From a virus: a stretch of DNA of 64,000 nucleotides. A program made the position numbers and the translations under genes. The stretch is from IMG/VR virus record IMGVR_UViG_3300027798_006580; one strand, given 5' to 3'. Position 1 is the stretch's first letter; every line of letters starts with the position of its first letter. The notes beneath the pieces are model-generated. The model made no database searches and was not told where the DNA came from. It worked only from the letters and a program-made list of their open reading frames with translations. Positions 20,277 through 30,303 of the stretch are shown here, piece by piece.

Positions 20277-20361
20277 TAATATTATCTAGATAATTAATGA
20301 TTATCTATATTATCAAATTTAATTGACATAAATTAATTTCTCTGTTATAATAATACATCAA

Positions 20362-20439
20362 GCAACGGTGGCAGAGCGGCCCAATGCAACGGATTGCAAA
20401 TCCGTAAAACCGGGGGTTCAAATCCCTCCCGTTGTTCCA
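20362..20439 (+). tRNA. tRNA-Cys(GCA)
   Basis: Cloverleaf, loop TTGCAAA, U73, CCA; own sigma70 promoter at 20323. Confidence 0.92.
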
Positions 20440-20482
20440 ATTTTAAATTGGCACAAATTGGTTTCTGTGTTATAATTAATAC

Positions 20483-20797
20483 ATGATGAAACGCAAAACA
20501 CGTACAGACAGAAACCATGCAGTATATGTTATCACTAACACTGTGACAGCAGAACAGTATGTTGGTGTTACAGTTTGCAGTGGTAACGTTAAAAAAGCAC
20601 TTAAAGTTCGTATGCAAAAACACGTTCGTCGTGCGCTGACAGAGAACAAAGATTGGGCACTATGCAAGAGCATTCGTGCTCATGGCGTAGATGCTTTTAC
20701 ATATGGTTTGTTAGAGACACTTCGCGGCAAGGCACCGGCTCATGTACGCGAACGTGAATTGACCAAGATCCACAATCCAGTTCTTAACACGCTCTAA
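20483..20797 (+). CDS. GIY-YIG nuclease family protein
   Basis: AVYVITN..QYVGVT..R..H..E. Confidence 0.75.
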   Translation: MMKRKTRTDRNHAVYVITNTVTAEQYVGVTVCSGNVKKALKVRMQKHVRRALTENKDWALCKSIRAHGVDAFTYGLLETLRGKAPAHVRERELTKIHNPVLNTL

Positions 20798-20798
20798 A

Positions 20799-22190
20799 TT
20801 AAGGCGGGCCGTGTCTTGCTAGATAATTAAGAGGTTGCTCTAACATTATATCAGGGCAATGTCTTGCCAAGATGTCATGTACTTCTGGCAAGACCTTTCG
20901 CCAGTTGGTGCCCCTGATTTTATCTAGTTTGTCCATCACTGTTACAAATTCTTGATATTTTGTTGAATTTTCTTGGTCTATATATTTTTCTAAGAATTTA
21001 ATAATTGCTTTATACCACTTAGTGCGATTTTCGGTATGATGCATTAAACTTTTATAATGTTCGATAATTTCTTCTTTGGCCGGCCTTGGCAGAGATCGCA
21101 AATCTAACCAAGGCGGACCTTCTAAAAATCTAAATTCTGCAGGGACGTCCAGTTCTTCGGCAACTTCGACTATTCGTTCTATAGAATATATAGACGCGAT
21201 TCCTATGCAACATGAGAGATAATGTATATTCAGGCCATTTTCTTTAATAGTTTTTATATTTTTAACAATATTATTATAATTTCCCGGAAAACGAATAAGA
21301 TTGTATCGTTCTTCGATGTCGTCGAGACTAACACAAAAGTCAATTTTCTTAAAATGTTTAAATTTTTCAATAATTTTATTATTGATCACCGTTAAATTTG
21401 TATCGTAACGGAGTGTGATATTTTTTGCAAATCCTCTGTCTATTAGTATAGTCAGTATTTTATTCATAGCAGGAGAAATCAACGGCTCGCCACCGGAAAA
21501 ATAAATGTATCTCAAGTCGGGTGCAATCTTATCAAAACGTTCCCACCAAATATCACTTTCCCACCATTTCGAATAATCTAAAATCTCTCGACCTTTGGTA
21601 TCTGTGGTCATCCTATAATCTTTGTCACCCCACTCAGTGCCCGCTGGCGTAACTGGGACATCGCCCCAAAGTTTACTCCAATCTTCATACCAAAGACTGC
21701 TGTATTCGGGACTGCACATTATACATTTTTGATTGCATAAATTGCTCAATCGAAGACCTAAATTTACAACCTTGGCAGTCGAAGTACCATCTGGCAATGT
21801 ATATTGATCGGCCTGATTCCAACGGACATATTCTGGAATTATTTGAGTCATGTGCCTATTGACTCGTTGTCTTTTACTCTTGCCCCATTTTTTAACATCT
21901 TCGTTGTCCCATTCATTAAGGCCTTTAGTGCTATGCTCCGAGTCATAACAATTACGGCATCTTTTTACTTGAATATTTTCTTTAAGGTGTAATCGATGAT
22001 TTTTATGAGTTACACTATTAATAGCCTCTTCTATCGAATGGGTCATGACATTCATTACATTGCCATTCTCATCATGCGCCATTCCATAATCTTTATTATA
22101 ATTTGCTAGGCAACATATTTTATAGTCACCGAGTGTATTGATTTCTATTTGGCTCCACAACTCGCCACAAAAACTTTCTAAATTAAACAT
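20799..22190 (-). CDS. Twitch-domain radical SAM protein
   Basis: CNQKCIMC, SGGEP, N-terminal CC..CxxC. Confidence 0.9.
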   Translation of the reverse strand: MFNLESFCGELWSQIEINTLGDYKICCLANYNKDYGMAHDENGNVMNVMTHSIEEAINSVTHKNHRLHLKENIQVKRCRNCYDSEHSTKGLNEWDNEDVKKWGKSKRQRVNRHMTQIIPEYVRWNQADQYTLPDGTSTAKVVNLGLRLSNLCNQKCIMCSPEYSSLWYEDWSKLWGDVPVTPAGTEWGDKDYRMTTDTKGREILDYSKWWESDIWWERFDKIAPDLRYIYFSGGEPLISPAMNKILTILIDRGFAKNITLRYDTNLTVINNKIIEKFKHFKKIDFCVSLDDIEERYNLIRFPGNYNNIVKNIKTIKENGLNIHYLSCCIGIASIYSIERIVEVAEELDVPAEFRFLEGPPWLDLRSLPRPAKEEIIEHYKSLMHHTENRTKWYKAIIKFLEKYIDQENSTKYQEFVTVMDKLDKIRGTNWRKVLPEVHDILARHCPDIMLEQPLNYLARHGPP

Positions 22191-22292
22191 AGCAATATTT
22201 ATTCTATAATTCCGGAAATACAGACTTATAAATTAAATTGACATAAATTTAAATTGACTGTATAATACATTATCGTAACTAGGAGAATTTAC

Positions 22293-22466
22293 ATGGCAGG
22301 CAAAGCAAAATCAATCTATCTCACAATACTACCTAAAGGTCAGCATATGAGCGTTTTTAAGAAAGTATTCTTTGAAGCCAAGTCTTACAATGAATACATC
22401 AAGTCAGAAGAGTTCAAAGCCAAGTGGCCCAGTGATCAATTTGACATTGTTAAAGAAACCTATTAA
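22293..22466 (+). CDS. Small hypothetical protein
   Basis: AGGAG RBS; MAGKAKSIYL..VKETY*; absent from the ORF track. Confidence 0.7.
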   Translation: MAGKAKSIYLTILPKGQHMSVFKKVFFEAKSYNEYIKSEEFKAKWPSDQFDIVKETY

Positions 22467-22528
22467 TTGACACAAATTAGTTTTGATGTTATAATACAAT
22501 ACATAGTTTAACAAAACAGGAGTTTGAA

Positions 22529-22990
22529 ATGGGAACACGTAGTCGTATAGGTGTTATGCATGGCAGTGTCTGCAAGTCAGTTTACTGTCATTGGGATGGC
22601 TATTTGGAACATAATGGTGCCATACTGCAAGAACATTATGACAGCGCCAAGGCTAATAACTTGGTAGCACTGGGTGACTTGTCTAGCCTGAAGCCCGAGA
22701 TTGGTGAGAAGCATGCCTTTAGCCAGTTTGAACTACGGGCTGAAGAAGTCGCAGGCTACAAACTGTTGACTGAGAACATGTGTACCTTTTACGGTCGTGA
22801 CCGTGGCGAAGAAGGCGTAGAGTTTAAGTCAGACATGACCTTTGCAAACTTCCTGGATCGTGTAGAAAACTGTGGTGCAGAGTATTACTATATCATGCAG
22901 GATGGTGTATGGTATACAGGTTGCCCCGGCAAAGGTTCTAAGTTAGTGCCTTTGGCAGAAGCACTTGCCGCAGTCAAGGAAACAGCATAA
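22529..22990 (+). CDS. Conserved phage hypothetical protein
   Basis: MGTRSRIG..VYCHWDGY; promoter and RBS. Confidence 0.8.
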   Translation: MGTRSRIGVMHGSVCKSVYCHWDGYLEHNGAILQEHYDSAKANNLVALGDLSSLKPEIGEKHAFSQFELRAEEVAGYKLLTENMCTFYGRDRGEEGVEFKSDMTFANFLDRVENCGAEYYYIMQDGVWYTGCPGKGSKLVPLAEALAAVKETA

Positions 22991-23097
22991 TGTTTATCTT
23001 ACTGGGAATGTGCGTTGGAGTTTGTTTAGGTATAGCGATACATCTTTATTATAAGAACAAAGAATAACTAATGTAGAAGTTGCGTAAAGGATTTAAA

Positions 23098-23418
23098 ATG
23101 GAATATCAACGACGTTATGATGACCAAGGTTTAGTTGCAGTATTGATCTCCTCTGGCTTTGGTGCCGGTTGGAGCACTTGGGCTCACGAAGGTGAACGAG
23201 AAGGCTTGTTGTTTGACAGCCGACTGGTTGATTATGTATTGCAGACCGGCACAGAAGGTTTGGCAGACTATGCCGAGTCCTTGGGTTATACAAGCTACAC
23301 CGGTGGCGCCCAAGAAGTTCGAGTAGAATGGTTGGAACAAGGCACACGCTTCTATGTAGAAGAATATGACGGCAGCGAAAGCATCCGTACATTCGACCAC
23401 TTGAGTCACGTGGCATAA
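23098..23418 (+). CDS. Conserved phage hypothetical protein
   Basis: GFGAGWSTW..EEYDGSE. Confidence 0.75.
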   Translation: MEYQRRYDDQGLVAVLISSGFGAGWSTWAHEGEREGLLFDSRLVDYVLQTGTEGLADYAESLGYTSYTGGAQEVRVEWLEQGTRFYVEEYDGSESIRTFDHLSHVA

Positions 23419-23427
23419 GGAAATAAA

Positions 23428-23805
23428 ATGGCAGGATATCAATCAGTATTGGCGCTTCGCCGCCTTGAAGAGGAAATCGATGCACTTGGTTTCATACTCT
23501 GCGATCCTAAAACGGGATGGGGCGGCGATGACTTTAATAACTTAGTGGGCATTAGACCCAAAACCATTGATGCCCTGCCAATTTATGCCCGTGACGCAGA
23601 AATCTTTAGAGGCACACTAGAAGAACTTCGAGTATGGGTTCGTGGCGTTCATTGGGCTCGAGAGTATGACCGTATGCTCAAAGTCAGTGATGACAAAACA
23701 CGAGCAAAGAAAGAAGATGCTGAACGTGCTCGCCAGTTTAGTACTAAACAAAAACAGTTGCTTGAAGAACTTAAAAAGGATCACACCGATGACCAAACAA
23801 AATAG
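23428..23805 (+). CDS. Hypothetical protein
   Basis: RBS and ORF. Confidence 0.7.
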   Translation: MAGYQSVLALRRLEEEIDALGFILCDPKTGWGGDDFNNLVGIRPKTIDALPIYARDAEIFRGTLEELRVWVRGVHWAREYDRMLKVSDDKTRAKKEDAERARQFSTKQKQLLEELKKDHTDDQTK

Positions 23806-24124
23806 ATTTCTTGCCATGTGGGACTGCAACGGGCTCGAGTGTTTGTTTGACATCACAGATTTGGAAGGCGATAACTTTATGGCAACGCTGAAAGGACAAC
23901 CACATAAAACTCCTTTTAACATCGGAATGATGATGATACGGGCACGAGCAAATAGTCAACGTAGTTATGAAATTTATGCATTTAGCACAGATGAAACCAT
24001 GGACTATGATTTTGTCAAAGATATGTTTGAATCCGATCCACAGGTCATTGTTAATTCTATTCGTGAGAATGGTAGAGAACTTTACAGTGATTATAAACCA
24101 AATACCAAAAAGGTCATTGCTTGA
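23789..24124 (+). CDS. Hypothetical protein
   Basis: Start reassigned to ATG 23789. Confidence 0.7.
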   Translation: MTKQNRFLAMWDCNGLECLFDITDLEGDNFMATLKGQPHKTPFNIGMMMIRARANSQRSYEIYAFSTDETMDYDFVKDMFESDPQVIVNSIRENGRELYSDYKPNTKKVIA

Positions 24125-24169
24125 CTTTACTTGTAAAAGAGTATAATATATGCAAAGCAATAGCAAAAT

Positions 24170-24379
24170 ATGAATAAAAAACTTAGACAATTTGAAAAAC
24201 AAAGTGGTCTTGATATCTACGGACTTGGTGCTAGAAGAGAAATCTGGGACAAGGCCATGGAAAAATACGCCAAGTTGATTATACAAGACTGTATTGAAAT
24301 CAACAAGCAAGAACTTTCATTTACAGCGTTTGAGCGATTGATGAACAAGTATCAAGAAAACTTCGGAGTCGAAGAATGA
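24170..24379 (+). CDS. EKFAELIVREC-family small protein
   Basis: EKYAKLIIQDC..FGVEE. Confidence 0.7.
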   Translation: MNKKLRQFEKQSGLDIYGLGARREIWDKAMEKYAKLIIQDCIEINKQELSFTAFERLMNKYQENFGVEE

Positions 24380-24579
24380 ACGAACAATTAATTGGTGATT
24401 TATTTGCAGGAGCAATGCGCCAAATGACTGGCAGCACCAGCAGAGAGTTTAGTCAAAAGTTCGCCGAGTTGATTGTGCGGGAATGTGCTAATATTGATTT
24501 TAGACGCGAGGTTGGATTAACTGCTGATGATGATTACGAAATCAGCAAGGTTATAAAAGTACATTTCGGAGTTGAATAA
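24376..24579 (+). CDS. EKFAELIVREC-family small protein
   Basis: QKFAELIVREC..HFGVE. Confidence 0.7.
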   Translation: MNEQLIGDLFAGAMRQMTGSTSREFSQKFAELIVRECANIDFRREVGLTADDDYEISKVIKVHFGVE

Positions 24580-24821
24580 TGGACATAGATAAATCAGCGG
24601 CGTTCTTAGCAGGCAGTGTATTAATTATGCTTGGGTTTGTTATAATTGTTGCAGGCTGTGCAGTAATCAACAACATCATACACAAATACTGGAAACCTGT
24701 TAAAATATTTACAGCAGACAGTTGGCAACCTTTTGGGGGAACATCGCTTCCACGTTATGCAACGGAGGAAGAACTTGCAAAGATTGCACCTCGCCTTAAC
24801 GAAGAGAAGAATAAATCATGA
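24579..24821 (+). CDS. Small membrane protein
   Basis: One TM helix. Confidence 0.65.
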   Translation: MDIDKSAAFLAGSVLIMLGFVIIVAGCAVINNIIHKYWKPVKIFTADSWQPFGGTSLPRYATEEELAKIAPRLNEEKNKS

Positions 24822-25054
24822 GTGCTACACCGGCCGGCAACGGCCCGGGTATAACAGGTTTCATTGAAATCTTTGAGGGTAGGCTTAACAAAATGAAGCT
24901 ACACCTTAAAGAAGAATTGGGCAAGGCCAAACATGATAGAGACCGTAAGAAAATTAAAAGTCAGTTATCCGATGCACGTAAACTAAACCGGACACTAAAA
25001 GAAATGCGTAATGCTAATACTAAACTGTGTCCGCATTGTGGAGAGAAACTATGA
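24818..25054 (+). CDS. Hypothetical protein with C-terminal CPHC
   Basis: ORF in operon. Confidence 0.65.
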   Translation: MSATPAGNGPGITGFIEIFEGRLNKMKLHLKEELGKAKHDRDRKKIKSQLSDARKLNRTLKEMRNANTKLCPHCGEKL

Positions 25055-25302
25055 TAATTAAAGACCTTATTGCTAAACTGGAAGAACTACGTGAAAAAGA
25101 AATGCATTACTTCGACGTGATGGGAGAGCCATCCATTGAACTCGATGTATTCAAATGTGTAGATGAAGAAGAAAAACTTTATCAATATGCCGGTCTACAC
25201 ACAGGTGAAATTATATTTGACCGCAGTAGTGATGGAGTATATAATATCATTACTTCATTCGCTGAAGTATATAACAAGGAAAAAAATGAACTCACGAATT
25301 AA
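25051..25302 (+). CDS. Hypothetical protein
   Basis: ORF in operon. Confidence 0.6.
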   Translation: MIIKDLIAKLEELREKEMHYFDVMGEPSIELDVFKCVDEEEKLYQYAGLHTGEIIFDRSSDGVYNIITSFAEVYNKEKNELTN

Positions 25303-25483
25303 ACAACTTGCTGAACAAGCTACCACCTATATTGACCCATCAGCCAATGATGGGGCGTGTTGGGACTTTGATAAAGAAAAGTTCGCCCAATTGATTGTAC
25401 AAGAATGTGCCGAGATTGCCGATACTGCGGAACCATTCCTTGCCTCGGATTTGATTAAACAACATTTTGGAGTCAAATTATGA
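25286..25483 (+). CDS. EKFAELIVREC-family small protein
   Basis: MNSRIKQLAEQA..EKFAQLIVQEC..HFGV. Confidence 0.7.
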   Translation: MNSRIKQLAEQATTYIDPSANDGACWDFDKEKFAQLIVQECAEIADTAEPFLASDLIKQHFGVKL

Positions 25484-25953
25484 AAAAAATATTCTATGAA
25501 AAAGTCGGTCGAAGATATAAACCTGTGGCAGAATACGACAATGACTATCTTGACAGTTTTCCTAAAGGTGCCCATTTAGTCTTGGTTAACCCTGGTATCA
25601 GTAGTCGTAGGTTTCGCATTGATCCAGCTCTTGCTCCAATGATTGCCGCGGGACATTATGCCGAAGATGCTATCTGTGATGCACTTCGCAGAGCCAGCGA
25701 AATGAAACCGCAACGCACACCTATTACTACAGGTCAACTCAAGGCTTGGAAAAAACTAGCCAAAGAGTTTGGTGATGAATTATGTCCATTGATGCAGGCC
25801 AGTGCCAGAGATTTAGCAGAAGCTGGAGTCAATGCCATGCAGGTAGAAGCAGATAAACTCATGCAAAATGCCGCAGTAAAAGAAGCCTATGATCATTTTA
25901 TGTTCTTGGCCAAGTTGACCTACGATGAAAATCAAAACAAAGCCCAACGGTAA
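25480..25953 (+). CDS. Hypothetical protein
   Basis: 157-aa ORF. Confidence 0.7.
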   Translation: MKKIFYEKVGRRYKPVAEYDNDYLDSFPKGAHLVLVNPGISSRRFRIDPALAPMIAAGHYAEDAICDALRRASEMKPQRTPITTGQLKAWKKLAKEFGDELCPLMQASARDLAEAGVNAMQVEADKLMQNAAVKEAYDHFMFLAKLTYDENQNKAQR

Positions 25954-26137
25954 ATGTATTTTAGAGTTTGAAGAATTCTACAGCATCCACTTAACTGAAA
26001 CAGTGGATGCTGTCGTTGCCTTGGCCAAAGAACATCAATCAAGACGCACTGCATACAACATGTGGGAATTCAAAGATCAAAAAACAGCAGAAGAATTTAT
26101 ATTTTTATATAGACTGACACATGAAAATAAAAATTAA
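25925..26137 (+). CDS. Small protein, F-x-L-K/R C-terminal family
   Basis: Overlapping operon ORF. Confidence 0.6.
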   Translation: MKIKTKPNGKCILEFEEFYSIHLTETVDAVVALAKEHQSRRTAYNMWEFKDQKTAEEFIFLYRLTHENKN

Positions 26138-26423
26138 GCGCACGGACAAGCGGCACACTGCTCACAACAGATTTAAATACTACGTTGAAGTCAAGTATGA
26201 TGGCCGGCCGCAAAGAATTGATGTACACGAAAAGTTTTTTGAATTGAGACTATGGTGCTGGGAAACTTGGGGACCCAGTCGAGAAGTTGATCAATATAGT
26301 TTAGATTATAAAGATACACCTGACAAAAATAACCATTGGTCTTGGATCAATGACCAATATCGAGCAAGACTGTACTTAGCTGAACCAGAAGATGCTGCCT
26401 TTTTTACATTAAAATGGTCATGA
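26121..26423 (+). CDS. Small protein, F-x-L-K-W family
   Basis: WCWETWGP..AAFFTLKWS. Confidence 0.65.
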   Translation: MKIKIKRTDKRHTAHNRFKYYVEVKYDGRPQRIDVHEKFFELRLWCWETWGPSREVDQYSLDYKDTPDKNNHWSWINDQYRARLYLAEPEDAAFFTLKWS

Positions 26424-26638
26424 CTGAATTTAAAATATACCGTAGTCTTGACAAAGTATTGGATATAGTTTATACCTTACGTAGTCAAGGAATACAGCAG
26501 GGCAAGGACTTCGATTTCACGTGGATTCCAGAAAACAACCACGGATTTTATCACGAAGAACAATATAAGAAACATGTCGTCTTTACTTTTTACAATGACG
26601 AACAAGCAATGATGTTTGCGCTGAAATATGGATCATAA
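26420..26638 (+). CDS. Small protein, F-x-L-K-W family
   Basis: GKDFDF..AMMFALKY. Confidence 0.65.
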   Translation: MTEFKIYRSLDKVLDIVYTLRSQGIQQGKDFDFTWIPENNHGFYHEEQYKKHVVFTFYNDEQAMMFALKYGS

Positions 26639-26993
26639 ATTATACCCTTACCAACAGCAAATCTTAAAAGATATTACATCAGGCGGTATCAAACCAGGTG
26701 AGATGACTATTATTTCTTCAGGCAGACAACTAGGAAAAAGCCGTGTAAATCAGTGGATACAATGGCTTCCGGATGATGCTACGAACTATCGAGTCCACAG
26801 ACAAGCCTTGGTAGATAATAAACCTTGGTATACGGTTCACTGTGGCAAAGATGTGTCCGCTTGGATCAGGCAACAACCATGCGAAGACAAAGAATGGCAT
26901 CAGCACATCGATGCTAGGTGGGATATGTATGTGTATGCATTCGATATTACCGAAGAACTTTATATGTTGTTAGTGCTAAAGTTTGGAAAATGA
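26628..26993 (+). CDS. Small protein with N-terminal Walker-A-like remnant and LxLKF end
   Basis: LYPYQ..GRQLGKS..LLVLKF. Confidence 0.55.
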   Translation: MDHKLYPYQQQILKDITSGGIKPGEMTIISSGRQLGKSRVNQWIQWLPDDATNYRVHRQALVDNKPWYTVHCGKDVSAWIRQQPCEDKEWHQHIDARWDMYVYAFDITEELYMLLVLKFGK

Positions 26994-27439
26994 AAACCAC
27001 AGACATAAAAAATCTCATAGACAATGTAACCGAAAATTTAAAAAGTCGGTGGGACTTCTATCGTCATGCCGCTTACTTAAAAGAAAAGAACTGGACTGAA
27101 GAGCAATATCAAGACTATAAAGATCCTGATAGAAATCTACGTGCCTCCCGTATTAAAGATTACTATCACGGATATCCACATATTGTGGTATTCGAAAGTT
27201 CCCGTGGCGATCCATGGACAAGATATCCCAGTTGGGTAGAAGGCTACCAGGCTTTATCAAGGTGGTGTCAAAAAAACTGTAAAGATAAATTCCGCAGTGA
27301 TATTCATAGAGTTATTCGAGCACCAAGTACTGGCAACGAATGGGAGTTGAATGACATTGGCGGTGGTGATGCATTGTTTTTCGTGTTTAAGAGCCAAGAA
27401 GATTGTTTTATGTTTACATTAAAGTGGGGCGGAGGATGA
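26990..27439 (+). CDS. F-x-L-K-W family protein
   Basis: Ends CFMFTLKWGGG. Confidence 0.65.
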   Translation: MKTTDIKNLIDNVTENLKSRWDFYRHAAYLKEKNWTEEQYQDYKDPDRNLRASRIKDYYHGYPHIVVFESSRGDPWTRYPSWVEGYQALSRWCQKNCKDKFRSDIHRVIRAPSTGNEWELNDIGGGDALFFVFKSQEDCFMFTLKWGGG

Positions 27440-27624
27440 CTGCAATGAAAATTAAAGGGCATGGCCCAGCAGTTGCCGCCGCCACTTGGCTAAAAAACAA
27501 AGGATGGCACTACACAATGAAGTTATCTAATAATCGTCCATTCAGTGCAATCTACGACATAAGTATATCAAACAGAGAACAAGCGATGATATTTAAATTA
27601 ACCTTTGGAGCCGAAATTGTTTAA
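27436..27624 (+). CDS. Small protein, F-x-L family
   Basis: Ends AMIFKLTF. Confidence 0.6.
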   Translation: MTAMKIKGHGPAVAAATWLKNKGWHYTMKLSNNRPFSAIYDISISNREQAMIFKLTFGAEIV

Positions 27625-28384
27625 ACGAATTATATTAACATTTTGTTTGCTATTTGCAAACAGCGTATATGCCAACAGCTACGGGCTCTACGACTTTGAC
27701 AACGTTCGATATGAGCACAGCAGAAATACCACAGACGTCCGCAGTATTGCCAGCATAACAAAACTATTCACAGCTTACGCAGTTGTAATGAGTTTAGTAG
27801 ATTTAGATGAAAAAGTCAAAGTACAGGGGAAATCTTCTGGCAGATTTGCTCGTGGCTCTTATCTACAACGCAGTGAATTGATGCGGGCCATGTTAATGAG
27901 CAGTGATAATTTAGCCGCAGAAACATTGGCTCACGCCCACCCCGGAGGTTATGACAAGTTTATTGCAGACATCAATTGGCATCTCGGACTCAACGGGTTT
28001 AAAGAAACTAAAATTGTAGATCCCACAGGCTTACTGGCAGGCAATGTCAGCACAGTGGATGAACTAAAAGAGTTTTTGTTTATATTACGCAGGATAGATA
28101 TCATTAGATATTATAGCAGTGACAAAATATATTCGGTTAAATATCAACCACCAAAGAGTAAACGTACAATAACTATTCAATTAAGGAATACTAATCCACA
28201 GATTTTTACCTATGACAGTATTGTACTGACTAAAACAGGATTTACCAACGCCGCTGGCCGCTGTTTGGCCATGCTAGTAGAAAAGAATGGTGTGCTGTAT
28301 GCCATGATCACATTGGGTAACAAAGATGTCAGACAGCGCACCGGTGTCATCAACGAAATGTTCAACGTACATGTACATGACTGA
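27617..28384 (+). CDS. D-alanyl-D-alanine endo/carboxypeptidase (peptidase S11, PBP7-like)
   Basis: Signal peptide, SITK, SDN, KTG motifs. Confidence 0.9.
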   Translation: MFKRIILTFCLLFANSVYANSYGLYDFDNVRYEHSRNTTDVRSIASITKLFTAYAVVMSLVDLDEKVKVQGKSSGRFARGSYLQRSELMRAMLMSSDNLAAETLAHAHPGGYDKFIADINWHLGLNGFKETKIVDPTGLLAGNVSTVDELKEFLFILRRIDIIRYYSSDKIYSVKYQPPKSKRTITIQLRNTNPQIFTYDSIVLTKTGFTNAAGRCLAMLVEKNGVLYAMITLGNKDVRQRTGVINEMFNVHVHD

Positions 28385-28568
28385 AGTACGAGTGGATTGG
28401 CAAGCCGGAGACGATGTTCCCCTTTGGGATAAAAAATGTATCAGTGTGTTAGAACGTTTTGGATTGCCTGGCAACAAATACGAAACTCAACTTACTGAAG
28501 ATTATATGATTTTTCATTTCATCGATCCTGAAGATGCACTAGTAGCAAAGTTAATGCTGGGCGGTTAA
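28377..28568 (+). CDS. Small hypothetical protein
   Basis: FGLPG..F..DALVAKL. Confidence 0.6.
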   Translation: MTEVRVDWQAGDDVPLWDKKCISVLERFGLPGNKYETQLTEDYMIFHFIDPEDALVAKLMLGG

Positions 28569-29204
28569 TTCATTGACAAACTCTAACAAGAGATTGTGAT
28601 GATGTCCTTGATGCCAATATTCTTTAATATATTGTCTAGGCTCTTCATACCAGTACTGTTGACTCTCTGGATGGCATCCAATTACACCAATTCTGTTTTG
28701 TATGATAGCCATGGCATCTCCGTTGGCATAAGTGGCAACAGTTTTGAATTTACTAGTATCACCGACTAAGGCACATCCATCATAAAAGAACATTTTTTCT
28801 TGTTGGCCTTTCCAATTCACTGTGGCCACAGTTGAATAACTTCTACGAACATCTGCATTGGGTCTAGTGATATATTGTTTAGGTTCGACGCCGTCTAAAA
28901 TATCAAAGTAATTGCTACCTGCCCAATAAGCACCCATGCAAATTCCAAGATAGTATCCACCAGCGGCAACAAAGTCTGCTACTAGATTTTCCTTTTTTCG
29001 TTTAAAAAAGTTGTTATAACTTTCACTGTCCCCAATGCCTCCGGGAAAGGCTATGACGTCGGCGTTATCGAGCAAGTCTTGATTAAGTTCGTTTTCAGAG
29101 AATAAAGTGACATTATAATTATTACCCAGCGATTGTATGATTCCATCACAGCAGTCTTGCGAACATTCTGGATGATGCCTGAACAATACTATATTCTGCT
29201 TCAT
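28551..29204 (-). CDS. Class I glutamine amidotransferase-like (BPL_N-type) protein
   Basis: FPGG, GGYYLGICMGAY, HPE. Confidence 0.8.
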   Translation of the reverse strand: MKQNIVLFRHHPECSQDCCDGIIQSLGNNYNVTLFSENELNQDLLDNADVIAFPGGIGDSESYNNFFKRKKENLVADFVAAGGYYLGICMGAYWAGSNYFDILDGVEPKQYITRPNADVRRSYSTVATVNWKGQQEKMFFYDGCALVGDTSKFKTVATYANGDAMAIIQNRIGVIGCHPESQQYWYEEPRQYIKEYWHQGHHHNLLLEFVNELTAQH

Positions 29205-29382
29205 ACCAATATTTATTAGCACAAATTCTTTTAGCCTGTAATCTTATTGTAATAGCATTTCTATTAAATATAACATCGCTGGTCAGCGGCGTATAATGTG
29301 ATAAATGGCTGACACTAAGAGCCCCATGGGCTCTTTTTTTATGGTTAACAGCGTTCTAATCGAATTTTGGTTAAATATTACT

Positions 29383-30174
29383 ATGACGACTAAAACATAT
29401 CGCAGTATTTTTATCAGTGACATACATTTAGGTACAAGAGATTGTAAAGCAGAAAAACTAAATAACTTTTTAAAACATAATACCTGCGATACCTTATATC
29501 TAGTGGGTGATATAATAGATGCATGGCGAATACAACAAAATAAATGGCGTTGGAAACAAAGTCATACCAATGTTGTTCGTAGAATACTAGGACATGCAAA
29601 AAGAGGCACACGAGTTATATATGTAGCAGGCAATCATGATGAATTTCTTAGACCAATGATACCCTATGGATTTAGCTTTGGATCAATTGAGATTTGTAAT
29701 CAAACAAATCACACCGGTGTGGATGGACTAAAATATCTTGTTGTTCATGGTGATTTGTTTGATGGTATTACAAGACTGGCACCTTGGTTATCATTTTTAG
29801 GAGACAGGGCATATGATTTCATTTTATCGCTTAATAGCAAGTTCAATTGGATACGCCATCGCTTTGGTTTTGGGTATTTTAGTCTTAGTAAATATCTCAA
29901 ACATAGAGTAAAAAAAGCCATAGACTTTATGTTCAAGTTCGAACAAAATCTTGCTGGCTATTGTAAGAAGCGTGGCTTTGACGGAGTTATTTGCGGACAT
30001 ATACATCACGCAGAAATCAAAGACATTGACGGGGTTAAATATATGAATGATGGTGACTGGGTCGAAAGTTGTACTGCTTTAGTAGAACATCACAGCGGTC
30101 ACTGGGAAATCATTACATGGACCAAGGAGAAAGACAATGTGGTTATTGATCCTATTAGCAATTCACAGCAATGA
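29383..30174 (+). CDS. LpxH-like metallophosphoesterase (UDP-2,3-diacylglucosamine hydrolase family)
   Basis: SDIHLG, GDIID, GNHD, HGD, CGHIH, NDGDWVES. Confidence 0.85.
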   Translation: MTTKTYRSIFISDIHLGTRDCKAEKLNNFLKHNTCDTLYLVGDIIDAWRIQQNKWRWKQSHTNVVRRILGHAKRGTRVIYVAGNHDEFLRPMIPYGFSFGSIEICNQTNHTGVDGLKYLVVHGDLFDGITRLAPWLSFLGDRAYDFILSLNSKFNWIRHRFGFGYFSLSKYLKHRVKKAIDFMFKFEQNLAGYCKKRGFDGVICGHIHHAEIKDIDGVKYMNDGDWVESCTALVEHHSGHWEIITWTKEKDNVVIDPISNSQQ

Positions 30175-30303
30175 TCCAAAAGATGTTCCGGGACGAATAG
30201 AACTAACATTCCAAGATAAGGTATCCTGTGAACAAAGTTTACAAACTATGACTTATTGGTTAAAGTTTAATCAATTCAAAATTGAAGGAAGGTGTATAAA
30301 AAA

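Noticed and set aside
20483-20797. Mobile homing endonuclease or intron
   Set aside because: Only the short catalytic domain, free-standing with its own promoter; no interrupted gene
26628-26993. Terminase or helicase gene
   Set aside because: Only a Walker-A-like stub in a 121-aa ORF; no other motifs
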